A stretch of DNA of 63,815 nucleotides, filler included, from Hyphochytrium catenoides (Eukaryota; Protista; Hyphochytriomycota): NCBI GenBank assembly GCA_900088475.1. It is 10 parts of 10 records of this genome, joined end to end, with 100 filler letters (N's around TTAATTAATTAA, not from the genome) between each part and the next. Parts side by side here need not be neighbours in the genome. Positions count along the whole stretch, not along the records: positions 20,193 to 38,432 come from FLMG01002403.1; positions 38,533 to 42,569 come from FLMG01003864.1; positions 42,670 to 44,755 come from FLMG01003095.1; positions 44,856 to 48,757 come from FLMG01001663.1; positions 48,858 to 59,159 come from FLMG01003985.1; 5 more parts are not named here. The stretch is one strand, 5' to 3'. The translations under genes and the position numbers were made by a program. Shown here piece after piece: positions 37,801 to 51,878 of the stretch (positions are counted from its first letter, which is position 1; the number at the start of each line of letters is the position of its first letter). The notes under the pieces were generated by a model. The model made no database searches. It was not told where the DNA came from and worked only from the letters and a program-made list of their open reading frames with translations.

Positions 37801-38230
37801 GGTCTAGAGAGAGAGAGGGAGAGGGAGACTTCTTACGATAAGCTAGGCTGTTACTAGCACTGTCTTTCTTTACTACGACTGCGACGGTTCTTGGCTGGTC
37901 CTCTAGTCCCCGTCTTGCCGCTAAGAGCATGTTTATTTGCAGAGAATTGGGTATGGAGACGACTAGGAAGGCTTTCAGACTTGGGTATGCCTAACGCTCA
38001 CAGAGTGGGCCTCCAAGGGCTGGCTGTTGAGGCAAAAGAGCTAGGAGGGAAAGGTAGGACGTGTTCTCCGCCTTTAACTTCTTTCTTGGCTCATCTCTTA
38101 TAGAGCGAAGGTCCTTACTCTATCCCCCTCCTCCTCTTATTATAACACAGGTGTCATGCTCTTCGGCGGACAGTCACAGTCAGGAAAGCGGTTAAATGAC
38201 GTCCAATTGTTATCATTAGGAGATCTATGA
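34862..38230 (+). CDS. Kelch-repeat beta-propeller protein with acidic N-terminal region; multi-exon
   Basis: Kelch blades: GLWGHSA..VLVYGGED..GDLYVYD, RTWHSC..LFFGGE, GHTA..VFGGVR, PRSYHSA..VVFGGND, PRTGHIA..VAGGWD, MLFGGQ..LND. Confidence 0.88.
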
Positions 38231-38276
38231 ATGCCCGTTGCCCAGCCAGACCTAGTTCTCTTGGCTGCTGACCGAC

Positions 38277-38328
<52 letters not shown>

Positions 38329-38629
38329 CACTTTGTCTGTGACACACCCAAACGACACACTTGACTGCTGACTCTGTCTCACTGTTAGCTCACATTGGTA
38401 GCCCTTCTTCTACCTCCTGACTCTTTCTGTACNNNNNNNNNNNNNNNNNNNNNNNNNNNNNNNNNNNNNNNNNNNNTTAATTAATTAANNNNNNNNNNNN
38501 NNNNNNNNNNNNNNNNNNNNNNNNNNNNNNNNGTCTTGTCCCTCGTCCGTTACAAGGAGATGACCCATCCCCTAACCTCTGCAGGCGTAAAGTAACCTAC
38601 AGAGGAGTGGACCCTTAATACAGTCGAAG

Positions 38630-38842
38630 CAATACAAAGGCGTTATTGCTCGACACGCCGTTACCCGCTATTTGAGCAATAACTGGTACCGATTATTGCT
38701 CAAACTGTCCGTTACCTGACCGAGCAATAATAACGTTATTGTTTATTGCTCCCGGTGGAGAACACTTTTCAGTATTCGAGCAATAAAATTCCGCCAACGC
38801 CCAGTTTATATTGTTTAGAGCTCCCCGGTGGAGATGCTCTTA
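38630..38842. mobile_element. PIF/Harbinger (Tourist-like) element terminus
   Basis: TGGAGATGCTC (38829-38839) followed by TTA, resembling a GAGCATCTCCA TIR with a TTA TSD. Repeated subterminal GAGCAATA/TATTGCTC. The partner end was not seen. Confidence 0.55.
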
Positions 38843-38850
38843 GAGAGGGT

Positions 38851-39470
38851 TAGTGATGGGTCGTGAGTCCGACCAACTCGAGTCGGACTCGAGTCGAGCC
38901 GGGCCTCAGCTCGACTCGAGCCGAGCTCACTTGGTTAAACGTGCAGCGTCGTGACATAACCTGCATGGTTGATCTCAGTTGCAACAGATTTATATGTTTT
39001 CTTGTTCAGACCGTTTACTAAATGCTGAATCTGCGAAAGGTAGGGGACTACAGACGAAACCATGTCAAGAGTTCAGCGAATACATGGAGCCATTCACGAA
39101 GCGCCACCGGTAGCCACGCGAACGCTTTGTATTCATCAGGTTTGATTTCTCGAATGCAGGGCTAAAGGTCCCGCAATCTGGGAATCTGACCGCAAGGCGG
39201 AAGGTCAGAGGCTGTGATGCATTAGCTGCAACCAGGCGACACAATCTCTTCTGGAACTCGATCCGGTCCAGATGCCCACCCTACCTCTACCATGTCCACC
39301 ATCCTGACAGCATGATAATCGTTGAATGGGTGAGACAGAGTGGGTCAGCAGCCTATATATATGTTAGGCTTAAAGGAAGCCGTAGTTAATATTAGGCAGC
39401 TTGGGTTAGCTTGGGTCTCAATAGTAAATGTTAGGCTTATGGACTCGAGTCCACACCCGAGCTGGAGAAG
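38851..39470. mobile_element. hAT-like non-autonomous element (left end; right end probably in the gap)
   Basis: Starts TAGTGATGGG, followed by dense ACTCGAGTC/GACTCG/CGAGC subterminal repeats (38865-38930) that reappear at about 39441-39462. Confidence 0.45.
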
Positions 39471-39664
39471 TNNNNNNNNNNNNNNNNNNNNNNNNNNNNN
39501 NNNNNNNNNNNNNNNNNNNNNNNNNNNNNNNNNNNNNNNNNNNGATGGCGATTGACTGTGGTCATTGACTGTGGCCTTCTTGATTGGTCATTCCGCCTTT
39601 TCCGCCTTTTCCATTCCAGGTCGTCGTCAGTTGCAAATTGGAGACTCCTCCTTATAATCTACAC

Positions 39665-40238
39665 ATGGAGACAACTAATGCAGGAAGAAAGCGCAGTCGG
39701 AAGAGGAAAGTCTGCGAGATTGAGGGCTGCACAACGCTAGCCAGAGCACGACTAGGCACTTGCCAAAAGCATGCTGATCCGAAAGATGTCATTCCACCAA
39801 AGCAATGCAGTGTTGAAAATTGCACGAAAAATAGCAGGGGAAAAGCAGGGCTTTGCTACCATCATAGACGTAAGCAGACTGATGNNNNNNNNNNNNNNNN
39901 NNNNNNNNNNNNNNNNNNNNNNNNNNNNNNNNNNNNNACTAGAAGAGCCAGCCGCAGGGCCAGAACAGCCAGCATTACCACTGGGAGAGCCAGCAGCAGG
40001 ACTAGTAAAAGAGCCAGCAGCAGGGCTAGAACAGCCAGCATCACCACCAGAACAACCAGCAGCACCACCAGAACAGCCAGCAGCACCAGCAGAACAGCCA
40101 GCAGCACCACCAGAACAGCCAGCAGCACCACCAGAACAGCCAGCAGCACCACCAGAACAGCCAGCAGCACCACCAGAACAGCCAGCATTACATCTTTGCA
40201 TTCTCCCTCTTCCACTAGTTATTTATTTACAAGTCTGA
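39665..40238 (+). CDS. C-x4-C-x10-C-x2-H zinc-finger repeat protein (WRKY19-like finger) with basic NLS and EQPAAPP tail; spans a gap
   Basis: RKRSRKRK, CEIEGCTTLARARLGTCQKH, CSVENCTKNSRGKAGLCYHH. The tail frame across the gap is inferred. Confidence 0.65.
39940..40190 (+). repeat. 21-bp tandem repeat CCAGAACAGCCAGCAGCACCA (PEQPAAP)
   Basis: About 7-8 near-perfect units plus diverged upstream units. Confidence 0.9.
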
Positions 40239-40711
40239 GAAGCAGACTCAATAAAAAGAGCTGTCAAGGGTAGCCTTCTTCCGCCTGCGTTCTTGTTGTC
40301 CTCTCCTCTTCTAGTCTGACGCCCCAAATAACATCTCTTCTATAAAAGTACATTCTCTCTCTTCCTCTCTTTGGTTACCTTTCATCCACCGCGTGTCGTC
40401 CTGCCGGCTGCCGTCGACACTGTAACAAGGAGCAGAGTCTAAATTAAAAAAAATGCCTGGAGGAAGACTTCAATAGTGCCTTGGACGACTGTCTCTTTCG
40501 AAAGGTAATAAGCTGTCGAGGACGACTTTCTTAATTCAGCCTCTTCTTATCGATTAGTCTTGCTTGCCCTTCCTCTATTGTCTTTCTATTCCTCTCCTCA
40601 CTCTGTCGAATTTCTCTCGCATTCCGCATCTAATCTAATCCCCTTAATTCAATCTTGCTCTTCCTCTTTCTCTCTTCTGGTTGTCTTCCTTCATATTTTC
40701 TGCAGGTAATC

Positions 40712-40747
<36 letters not shown>

Positions 40748-43013
40748 TTCTCTCTCTCGCTCTCTATTTCTCTCCCTTTCTGGTTTCCCGTCCTCCTGTT
40801 CCTGCTATTTTTTCAGCCAGACGTTTGCCTGCGTCCGCTGCTTGCTCTCTCTCTCTTCCTGTCCGGTAACCCTCTGTCCTCATGGTCTCTCTGCCTTTTG
40901 CTTCATTCACTTCTATGTAAAAAGAGCTCATTAGTACGCCGCCTGGGCCGTCCTCTATACCTCCCCAAGCTCCCTGCTTTTCCGGCAATACTCTTCTCTC
41001 AATATAATTGGACTGAACAGACAGTGAAAGATGTTGCCTAGTCTCCTCCCTGACGGCTTCCCAATTTCTCCGTCTCTTCTTATTTTCAGAAGCTCTCACT
41101 TCGAGCTCTCATTCCATCTGGCACCTGCCGCCTTTGTCCTTCTTGACCACTTTTCTTATCTCCTACCGAAGTTTAAATCGGTGACCCTCTTGCTCTCTCT
41201 CTGAGTTAGCGCTTCAATAGCTCTTTCTTGTTCGCTCTTCTTGGGACGCCCCCACACTACTGTTTCGATGCTGTTTTACTCTTCAACCTCAATAGCTCTC
41301 CCTCTCCCTCTAACCCTCTCTCATCAAATTGTCTCCGCGTCTGAATTTTCCTTGACATCTTTTTCGTGTGTCTCTGTTGCCTTAGTGGCTAGGATATCTC
41401 TTTCTCTCCAATTTTCCTGACAGGCTTCTCGGCGCCCCATCTTTCCTTCCTTCTTGCAACGGTTGCCGTTCTATAAATCGGTTCATTGACACCTAGTTGT
41501 TGCCACCGCCCCTCCCGGTCGCTCCTGCTGTATTGGGCATCTTCCCTCATCAGTCTCACTCTCTGTCGTTTCTACTACTCTCTCTCTGGGAATACTCAGG
41601 GCTGTTCATCTTCTCACATCTGCTCTAACTGTTTCCCACCTCCCCATTCCTATCTTCCAACTCCTCCCTCACTGTCCTTTCTTCTCCTCCTAAGCTTTCT
41701 CTCTATTTCTTAGTATACCTTTCGACGCCCAGACTTCAGCCTCCCACTGCCTGTTCTCCCGCTCTTCTTTTGCCATCGAGTGTCTGTTAACCGAAGTCTC
41801 AGTTGCAGCTTCCTTTTTCTTATGGCCTGAGCGTCAACGTTTACCTAATTCCGGCGCCTCTCTAGCACTTCATTGCTTCTCTTTGTTCTACCAGCTTCCT
41901 CTTCTATAGCACTCCTTCTCTCTCATGTCTCGTGCATACGTTTCTATAATAAGAAGGGCCTGTCTGGATTCAGCAAACTTGTGCTTTGCGATGATCTGCA
42001 ATATCCCGAGTCAACTTTTTACCGTGATAACCGAGCATTTCTTGATAGGGCGTAATATTCTTCCGTCTGGATTCGACAGGTAGAATGGAGTAACAATACG
42101 GTGATTTGCGGAGAGAGATAGAAACATTGCAGTCCGGAAAAACTCTAGTGTAATCTTGAGCTCTGGAAGACTATGCCGATGCAGGAGATGCTGAGTCGCA
42201 AACTTTGCTTCATCATCAAGGGCAGGCAACCCAAGAGCAATGCACAACCCTGGGCGCTGTGCTCTGAGAGCTGGGAAGAGTGATAAACGAACCACGAAAG
42301 AACCGTTGTCAGTCAGGTCATTGATTTGTGGCAGCAGCAGGAGGAAGCCTACACGCAATGGGCAAGAGATCTCGAAACGCCAATGACAAAAAGACGGCAG
42401 TTAGTGGAGGGACAACTATTGAACTACTTGTCTCACTCAGAGCGGTTGTTAGGATGAGAAATTGAGCCCCCGCCGCCGGAAGAAGGCCGTCGTAGCTCTG
42501 GCTTGCGTCTTCGACTGTCCATTGAAGCACAAACTGTTACTAAATCTAGGCAGATCAGAAGTTGCTCACNNNNNNNNNNNNNNNNNNNNNNNNNNNNNNN
42601 NNNNNNNNNNNNNTTAATTAATTAANNNNNNNNNNNNNNNNNNNNNNNNNNNNNNNNNNNNNNNNNNNNTCAGAAGGCGCTCCTGAAGGAAAGAGAAGAA
42701 TAAAGAGAGAGAGACATCGAACGAGAGAGAAAGAGAGAGAGAGAGAGGAGACGAGAAAGGCGAAAGAGAGAGAGAGAATGGAGTGAGCGCGAGAAAGAGA
42801 GAGAGAGAGAGAGATGACAGTCATACCGAAAGATCAAGCTCCAGCGAGAGAGAGAGAGAGTTCAGAGCAGGGTGAAAATAGAAGCCGACGATACAGAGAG
42901 AGTTGTAAGTGGAAGAGAGAAGCTTTAAAACAAGAAGAGGACACCAAGGAAGAAGAGAGAGAGAAAAAGAGTGAGAGAGAAAGAGTGAGAAAGAAAAGAG
43001 AGGGCGTCCTCAC

Positions 43014-44655
<1,642 letters not shown>

Positions 44656-45329
44656 TCAAGGAAGGGAGCCACGTTATATTGGAGCAACTCAGGAGTAGCA
44701 CTAGACGGGAAGACTGGTAGAGAGTCATTGCAAAAGAGAGAGAGAGAGAGAGAGANNNNNNNNNNNNNNNNNNNNNNNNNNNNNNNNNNNNNNNNNNNNT
44801 TAATTAATTAANNNNNNNNNNNNNNNNNNNNNNNNNNNNNNNNNNNNNNNNNNNNCTCTCTCTCTCTCTCCCCGTCTCTCTTTCTAAGAGCTTTCCTTTG
44901 ACACGGTGACGGTTCAACATCTCACCGGCGAAGGTTTAGAACGAATCAAAATTTCCCTAAACGTTCAAACCGTTAACTAAGGCGGTTAATGTTCTGAAAG
45001 TGGAGAGAGGAATTGTTGGGTGTTTTATTTTAATAGTGGAGCTATTTCAGATTATGGTTCGTTGGGACATCTAATATGCACTTCACCAACCAATTTTCTG
45101 CTGTTGTAGTTGTTGTTCTCGTTTCTAAGTTGCTCTGGGTTTGACGATTGTCTGTGATTTTATCTTAACACTTAGGATTCTACGGTTAGTGGGTGATCTA
45201 TCTGTGGTGTGTTTGTTGGAATACGACGCGTACAGAGGAACTTCAACTTGGATCCTCGTCAGTCGTTAGAAGATGTTTAGGAGAAAGGAAGAGCTCAGGA
45301 TTCGAAAGGCCAGATACCGACTTCCTTCC

Positions 45330-45363
<34 letters not shown>

Positions 45364-46205
45364 TTCTCTCTGTCTCTCCCTCCCTTTGGGTCTCTCCCTT
45401 TCTTTATATCTCTTCTCCCTTTATCTAGCTCCCTCTTTGTCGACCTCTGTCTCTCTCTTCTCACCGCACTTTCTCTCTCGTCTCTCCCTCCGTCTTGCAT
45501 TCGGCCCTTTCATCATCTCCCTTTGTTGGCTCTCTCCTCCTTTTATGAAGACTCTCTCTCTCCTGTAGAACTGGGAACCCCTGTACATGTAGGGCAAAAC
45601 GTACCCTTAGTAGAAGTCTAATTAGAAATAAGCATAGTCACCTTCCATATTTGGGGCTATGATTATCCCATTTATCCAGAACAGAGGTATCTGCCTAAGC
45701 CTAACCTAATGCTTGAAGCTCTATCGCCCTTCTGTCGCAAATAACATACGCTAAACTCCTTAGTAGACAACCTTTTAGCGAGTATTGTTGATAAGTGGGT
45801 ACATGGTGCTTTAAGCTGCAGTTGTCCAGACGAAACTGCCAGCTTGAAGTACTCACTCCTTCGCGCGCTGGTCACTGTTTTGGTTTTTCAAGAGGAGGGA
45901 GACCAGTAGCAGGAGCATCACAATCTTCGAGACCAGCAGCAGGAGCATCACAATCTTCCCTTTCATCACCGCAAGCCAGAGATTCAGTAGCGCCACTCTA
46001 CTATTGGATGGCAAGAAGCAGCAATTGAAGCCTGAATGAAGTTCATTGCTTGTTTTTCTGCCCTCTGGTGCGAACCCGTCCTCTCATCTTCTCCAGAGGC
46101 AGCACAGAAACAAAAAGAGCAGTAAATAGTCGTACTACTAACGGGCCCAAGAACTACTTCTGCCGTCATAGTACCGTTGTTGTCGTCATCATTTGAACTG
46201 CTGTC

Positions 46206-48757
46206 ATGCGGGACTCACGCAATAGAGCCGGTAGAGGGGGCAGAGGAGGTGGAAGAATAGGCACTCGTACCCAGCAGGTTTGTGGGAGATGTCATCGCCC
46301 TGGCCATAACAAGAGGAGGTGTCCGCTGATTGGACAACCACCAAGGACAGACCGTCATCCTCCTCCTGACACAGCGCTGCAAGACAATGTGCTTCAGAGA
46401 GAGGCAACCACGGAGAGAACGGCTGAGCGCCAACAAGGACAGCAGCAGCCAGAGCATGCAGCACGGCGAGGGGATGGCCAGTCACCCCCGTTCAAAGGAG
46501 AAAATGTCAATGTACATCTAGAGTACCTTCGAGATCTAGAATCTACTCTTCGGCGAGAGCTTGACATCGGCACCGGAGCGGGAGCAGGCATCAGTGCTGT
46601 GGCTTGGTTCAAAGCGAACGTGTCGAATGGCTGGTGGCTTTATCCTCACAGAAGAGGCTACTCCTATATGGGAGATCCACACCCAGCTCCATATTGCCTT
46701 CCACCAGTATTCCTCTGGTTTCCCTCATTTAACTATCCTGCAGATTTACCAGGTTACAAGCTCCCCTGCCCTGAATGTAGATCAACCGTTAGGGTCCGGA
46801 GCGATGGAATTAACCCCAAGGTAGAGTAAGATTTTGTTCTCCCTAATATCCAATATTTCCTAGTGGGAAACAGCCTTTCCAGCTACTATGGACAGTAATC
46901 CCTTTATTCCTTTCCTCAGGGTTCGCGCACAGTGTCGGGCATGGAGTATAACTATCTAGTCCTGTGCAGAAGATTTCGATGCGATGCAGAGCACGGACCC
47001 AAAAAGTCTCCTCGAACCTTTAATGCTTATGATCAGGAAGTGCTGAGACAGTTGCCGCTACATATACGTTTGGAGTTCCCAGCAATGCTGTCTAGGAAGG
47101 CTGGCATAGACAAAGCCCTTGTTGAGACAATGATGTCCTTAGTTGCTTCCAGTGGCGGCGGTGGCTTTGGAACCTTTCATCACCTCATTGTTGAAAGGCA
47201 CAAAGAAAACTGGCTGAAGCGCTATGGGGCCTGGGCTTCTACTGTAAATGAGGCTAGACAAAAGAGTGATATACGACGCTATTTTCAATCTGCGGAGTCA
47301 GAGCTCATTCACACTCCAAAACGCTTCCCAGCCTTTGAGGATAAGAATGGCTTTGGTGGCTCCGTTCCTAGCGTAGAGTACCTAAAGTGCATGGGAAAGC
47401 GGTGGCTTGCACAAAGAGAGGCTGGTCTGGATAGAAGGCAGCAACTCTACCATGCAGACGTAGGTCGATCTCCAGCTCTCTCCATTTTTGTTAGTGATCA
47501 AGTACCATTCTTGCGCCCAACGGCCTAACAAACCCATTTTTGTAGGTAATCAAGGCCGACGGCAGCTTCAAGCTGCCTAAGGTGATTCACACTCCTGACG
47601 GTAGAGAGCTAGAGGAGCTGTACACTGTCCAAAACGGGCTAGGGCAAGTTCTAAATCAGTCATTCTTCGAAAGCCAGGAAGTGGATCTGAAAAAGCCCTT
47701 TATCGAAGGGCTTGCCATGCGCCACGATGGGCATGGAGTGCCGAGACCCAGAGTTTGTTATATTGATAAATGCTGCAGGTAAGTAGGGATCGACCAAGGA
47801 ACAGCATAGCCTCCCATCTCCCTTTTCCGGCCACAACCTATGTCTTAGAGTACCGTTATTGCCTCTCTCAAATCAATAGTTCTCTGTTTAGATGGCAGGG
47901 GTCTTTCTTACCTATGAACTCTCAGTCACTCTCTTCGTAGCTTGCCAGGGGCCTTGCCTCTCCTGCCACTATTATCTCTCTCTCTTCTCGTCAATTTTAT
48001 CCTGACCTGAGTCAACGCCCCGTCTCACCTTCGCTCTTCTATGACACCTCACAGCAAAGAAGCCCAACTATGGCATGAAGTATTTGCAAGTAGTGATCAG
48101 AGCCACGGAGACAGGGCAAACAATACCAGAGGCCGCCAGAGGACTAAGAAAAGGCTGATTCTTCCCGCCAGCGCTAAAGTTGTGCCGCTGACAACAGAGT
48201 TTCTTATTGCTCAAAAATGTAGGGAGATAATGGACTTGGCAGACAGTATCACGGAATATAATGATGGCATACCGGGCGATGGTGAAAAAAAGAAGCTTCG
48301 CCTTATTTTCGACGTAAAGTGGCCCATTGTGCACCACGGAAAAAGGCAAAAAGTGTCACTCATCCAAGTTGCTATCCTACCCTCTCCTGGAGACGGGGTG
48401 GATGAGCACTCTTCTTCTCCTCTGCCCTCTATATATCTCTTTCACCTGCATCGACTGAGCAGCCTATTGGCCATCAGGAACGTCTTCTCTCACGGTGGGA
48501 TTGAGAAGTATTGCTTTGACTTATCTCGGTTGAGAAAAATGCTCAACGAAGATCACTCTATTCAGCTCTGCAATGCCCGAGATATCTCGTCCCTGGCTTA
48601 CTTGCGAGGGTTCTGTGATAGAGTCACCTCTTCTTTTGAGGAATTATGTGGAGAGGTGCTTGGGTGTGAGGTTGACCTCCCACTCGAGATTATGTATAGC
48701 GACTGGTCCGGAGAAGCCCGCCGTGCTCTGCAAGATGGTGCAGAAGACCTAGCTCCT
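46206..48757 (+). mobile_element. Dada-like DDE transposase gene (CCHC knuckle, core, inserted DnaQ/WRN-type exonuclease); exons 46206-46820, 46920-47459, 47546-47778, 48055->48757; truncated
   Basis: CGRCHRPGHNKRRC; VFLWFP..LPCPEC; QLPLHIRLEFPAMLSRKAGID; PSVEYL; first catalytic D in VIKADGSFK; LYTVQNGLGQV; second D in YIDKCC; then exonuclease-like IFDVKWP..VSLIQVA..YLFHL..SDWS. Confidence 0.7.
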
Positions 48758-48857
48758 NNNNNNNNNNNNNNNNNNNNNNNNNNNNNNNNNNNNNNNNNNN
48801 NTTAATTAATTAANNNNNNNNNNNNNNNNNNNNNNNNNNNNNNNNNNNNNNNNNNNN

Positions 48858-50326
48858 AGAGTTCTCTGCAGCAGCTCCGGGTCTTCTTTCTGTATCGTGC
48901 CGTCCACCAGCATTCGAAGCATCACGTCGTTCACCCTTCCACCAAGAGAAGAGAAGCGCTTGGTCACTCGCAGCGCCTCGTACACGTGGCCTCTTTGACA
49001 GAGCTCGTGCACCACTTGCCCGTAGAAGTAAACGGAGGGAGGAGATGGGGAAGAGCTATTTTTCTCTCGTAGCCGTTCCATGACGTCTAGCGTTTGTTCT
49101 ACCATGGACGGCAAGCCGCTTTTGCAATATGCCAGCGTGAGGGCGCCATAGCACGCCCAGTGGGGCTCTGCAAGAAGCGCTAACACCCTCTTCGCTCCCC
49201 GGCTGTCCTTTCTCTCTCCATATGCCTTAATCAGCTCTTTGCAAAGATTGTGTTGCCTATTCTCCGCGATGTGAGGATAATCCTGGAGAAGCTGCGCAAA
49301 GAGTCTTTCCCCTTTCTCAATATCTCCAGTCCGAACCAGATGGAGAATAAATCGACCCACAGCTTCGGTCACTGCCACCTTTTCTTGATCGTTTGTGGCC
49401 TTGATGGCACCCGAGGAAGAGGAGAGTGCGCTGAGTAGCTGTGACAAAGTGTCCTCCGCTTGCTCAGTGGAGCCAGAAGAGAGGAAACCCTTCAATAGCT
49501 CTGCGTAGGTAAAGACAGAGAGACAAGGGCTCTCTGCTTTGTTGAACTTGCGACCTACGCCTTCCCTTGGTCCGTCTCCTATCTCCGTCTCCGCTTTGAG
49601 GTCTCGAATTAGCTTTTCTGCAGCTCTCATGTCTCCTTTCCGGCACAAGCTGCTGAGCCGGGGAAAGAGTAGAAGCTCGCGCTCCTCCCTTGTCCATTTC
49701 TCTCTTGTGTTTACTTCTTTCACCCAGGTCCTCAGCTCCTTTGCGGCTCCTCCGCAGAGGAAACTGTACCCCAAACAAGCTTCAAAGCGATAGTCAGGCT
49801 CCTGACCCCAAAGCTTCATTTTCTCCAGCTCTGACTGCACTTTTTTCCATTCTCCTCTGACAGCGTATGTCAGAAGTTCCGCAAGAAGTTGTCTTCTAAG
49901 CGTCTCCTCGAAGGTAGACGCCACATCTTCAGCTGATAGCTCTCTTGTGGCAGCTTGTGGGCGGGAGACAGAAGTAAGATAGAGAGAGAAGAAGTCTACG
50001 TTTTTCGAGTGAGAAGGAGGACAAGAAGGCGTCCTCGCAGCATCGCAGGAAGTCGAGAGAACAGAGCTGAGAGAGGACGCAGAAGTAGAAGAAGGGGAAG
50101 GGACCGCAGAAGGAGCTCGGGTGGACCGCGGAGATGCTGAGGTCCGCCGAGCCACAGGAGGATCAGGAGAAGACCTTGAGGACGAAGCGACAGCTGGAGA
50201 TGGCGACGGAGCTCCACCCTTATCGACGCTTGAGAGGCTCTTCCATATGTCTGTAGCCTGGACCGCAGCCGTGGAGTTCCCACGACGGAGCACTCCGGCT
50301 AGCGGTAGCGCTCTCTTCATGGTCAT
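48858..50326 (-). CDS. Pentatricopeptide repeat (PPR) protein, probably mitochondrial; 3' truncated
   Basis: PPR helices VFTYAELLKGF, LCKELIKAYG, CYGALTLAYCKSG, FYGQVVHELCQRG; Arg/Ser-rich N-terminus. Confidence 0.88.
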
Positions 50327-50803
50327 AAACTTGTCATGACTCTCAAGTTCTAGCTCTGTCCCATAAGGGGATACCGATGGAGGTCAGTGGTCAATTCACA
50401 CCCTTCCATTAACCCTGCAAAGGAGGTGGCTTGGAGAAAGTGTTAGCCCATTCTGGGCCGGAAGTAGCCCATTGCTTGCCTCTTCTTCTGCTTGGTAGGG
50501 CTCCCGACGTATCGCTGGCTTACAGCCTTGGTAAGTGTTCGTGTTTCGTGCTCTCAAGTTGTCTTTATAAAACGATGTAACCTCCTCTCCTTTTGATGCC
50601 CGTCCACTGTGCTATGAATAGCTCTACCCCTCTCGCCGTCTCGGTCCGGTCCGATAAGAGCTCTGCCTTGCCATTTGATCCCTCTGTCCCTGTCTGTCTC
50701 TTCTATTACCTTCTTCCTTTCTGTGTGTCTTTGCCTACCGAGGCGCCTCAGGAGAGAGATGCACTGTCAATCTCTCACCAAGCTTCGCTCTCTCGCTCTC
50801 TCG

Positions 50804-50870
<67 letters not shown>

Positions 50871-51354
50871 GCATCTCTGCCGTCTCTCTCTCTCTCTTCG
50901 CTGTTGGGGGCGACCGGGGCGGCAGGTTCGCATCACGCTCGCTCCTCACAAGTCATCAGCCATCTCCTGGAGTAGCACTGTAAAGTACAGCTAGCCGCTA
51001 ACCGCCATAGGCTGGACGGACTGTGTAACAGGGAGAACGTGGTGGGACGCACAACTCTTTCGAGGGCTTGTACATCCATACAACTATTGATCGAACAGAG
51101 GTATTCTTTGTTACAACATGAACGCACCAACGGTGTGCTTTATTTGAAGATTGATCAGCATCTGGAGCATCATACTTGGAATAATGAAGATATCTATCGA
51201 CTTTGTTATAAAAACTTCTGATGAGTCCCATTGCGAATGGAACATTATTTGGCTAGCAAGGGCCTGTGGATTGGGTCTCGGTAAGGTAACGTTTGACATT
51301 TATCGATGGATATAGACCTTTCATGACGGCGAGCGCCAGCCTCCGATAGCAGGG

Positions 51355-51878
51355 ATGGACGAGCAATGTCTGAAGGCTAAGCAGCTGTACGAGCAAGCTT
51401 GATACTCTCCTCGTCTTGTCAAATCCACTTCTGTCCCTTCCCTTCTCACTGAGTCATCAATCTTGCTATTGCCATTCCCGTCGTCTTGGTCTTCGTCAAG
51501 GTCTTTTTGGACCCTAAGCTAGTCGCTCTCTTGTTCTGGAGCACAACTTCCCTCTCTTTGTGAAAAGTGTCAATGATGTTGATCTCAAGTTTTGCATGTG
51601 CATTTAGATATGAGACCTGCTTCAACAGCTGGTATCAGGACAACTTTCTTAAGGGAGACCGGGTTCTAGGATGCCAGGAGGAGTGGAAGAAGTACCACAT
51701 CTGCGTCGAGGTGACAATGTCCCCAACTTAAGTTCTGCTTACCCAGGAGGCTTCTCTTTGAAAATCCGGCCCTCTCCTTTCTTCGCAGGCGATGATGAAG
51801 TCCTTCGAGCTGCATGAAGAGGCGAAGGATTACATTGAGAAGCACAAGTCAGAAAAAGAGGCTAACACCAAGTCATAA
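51355..51878 (+). CDS. Mdm35/TRIAP1 family twin-Cys mitochondrial IMS protein (exons about 51355-51386, 51609-51711, 51789-51878)
   Basis: Spliced product MDEQCLKAKQLYETCFNSWYQDNFLKGDRVLGCQEEWKKYHICVE|AMMKSF..., with twin Cx9C and the CFNxWY..FLKG motif. Not in the ORF track. Confidence 0.85.

Noticed and set aside
45899-45958. Two-copy 30-35 bp tandem duplications (also about 51960-52027 and 59676-59736)
   Set aside because: Simple local duplications with no further structure.
44856-46200. tRNA/snRNA target remnant upstream of the Dada-like gene
   Set aside because: No A/B box cloverleaf or U1/U6-like sequence could be identified.
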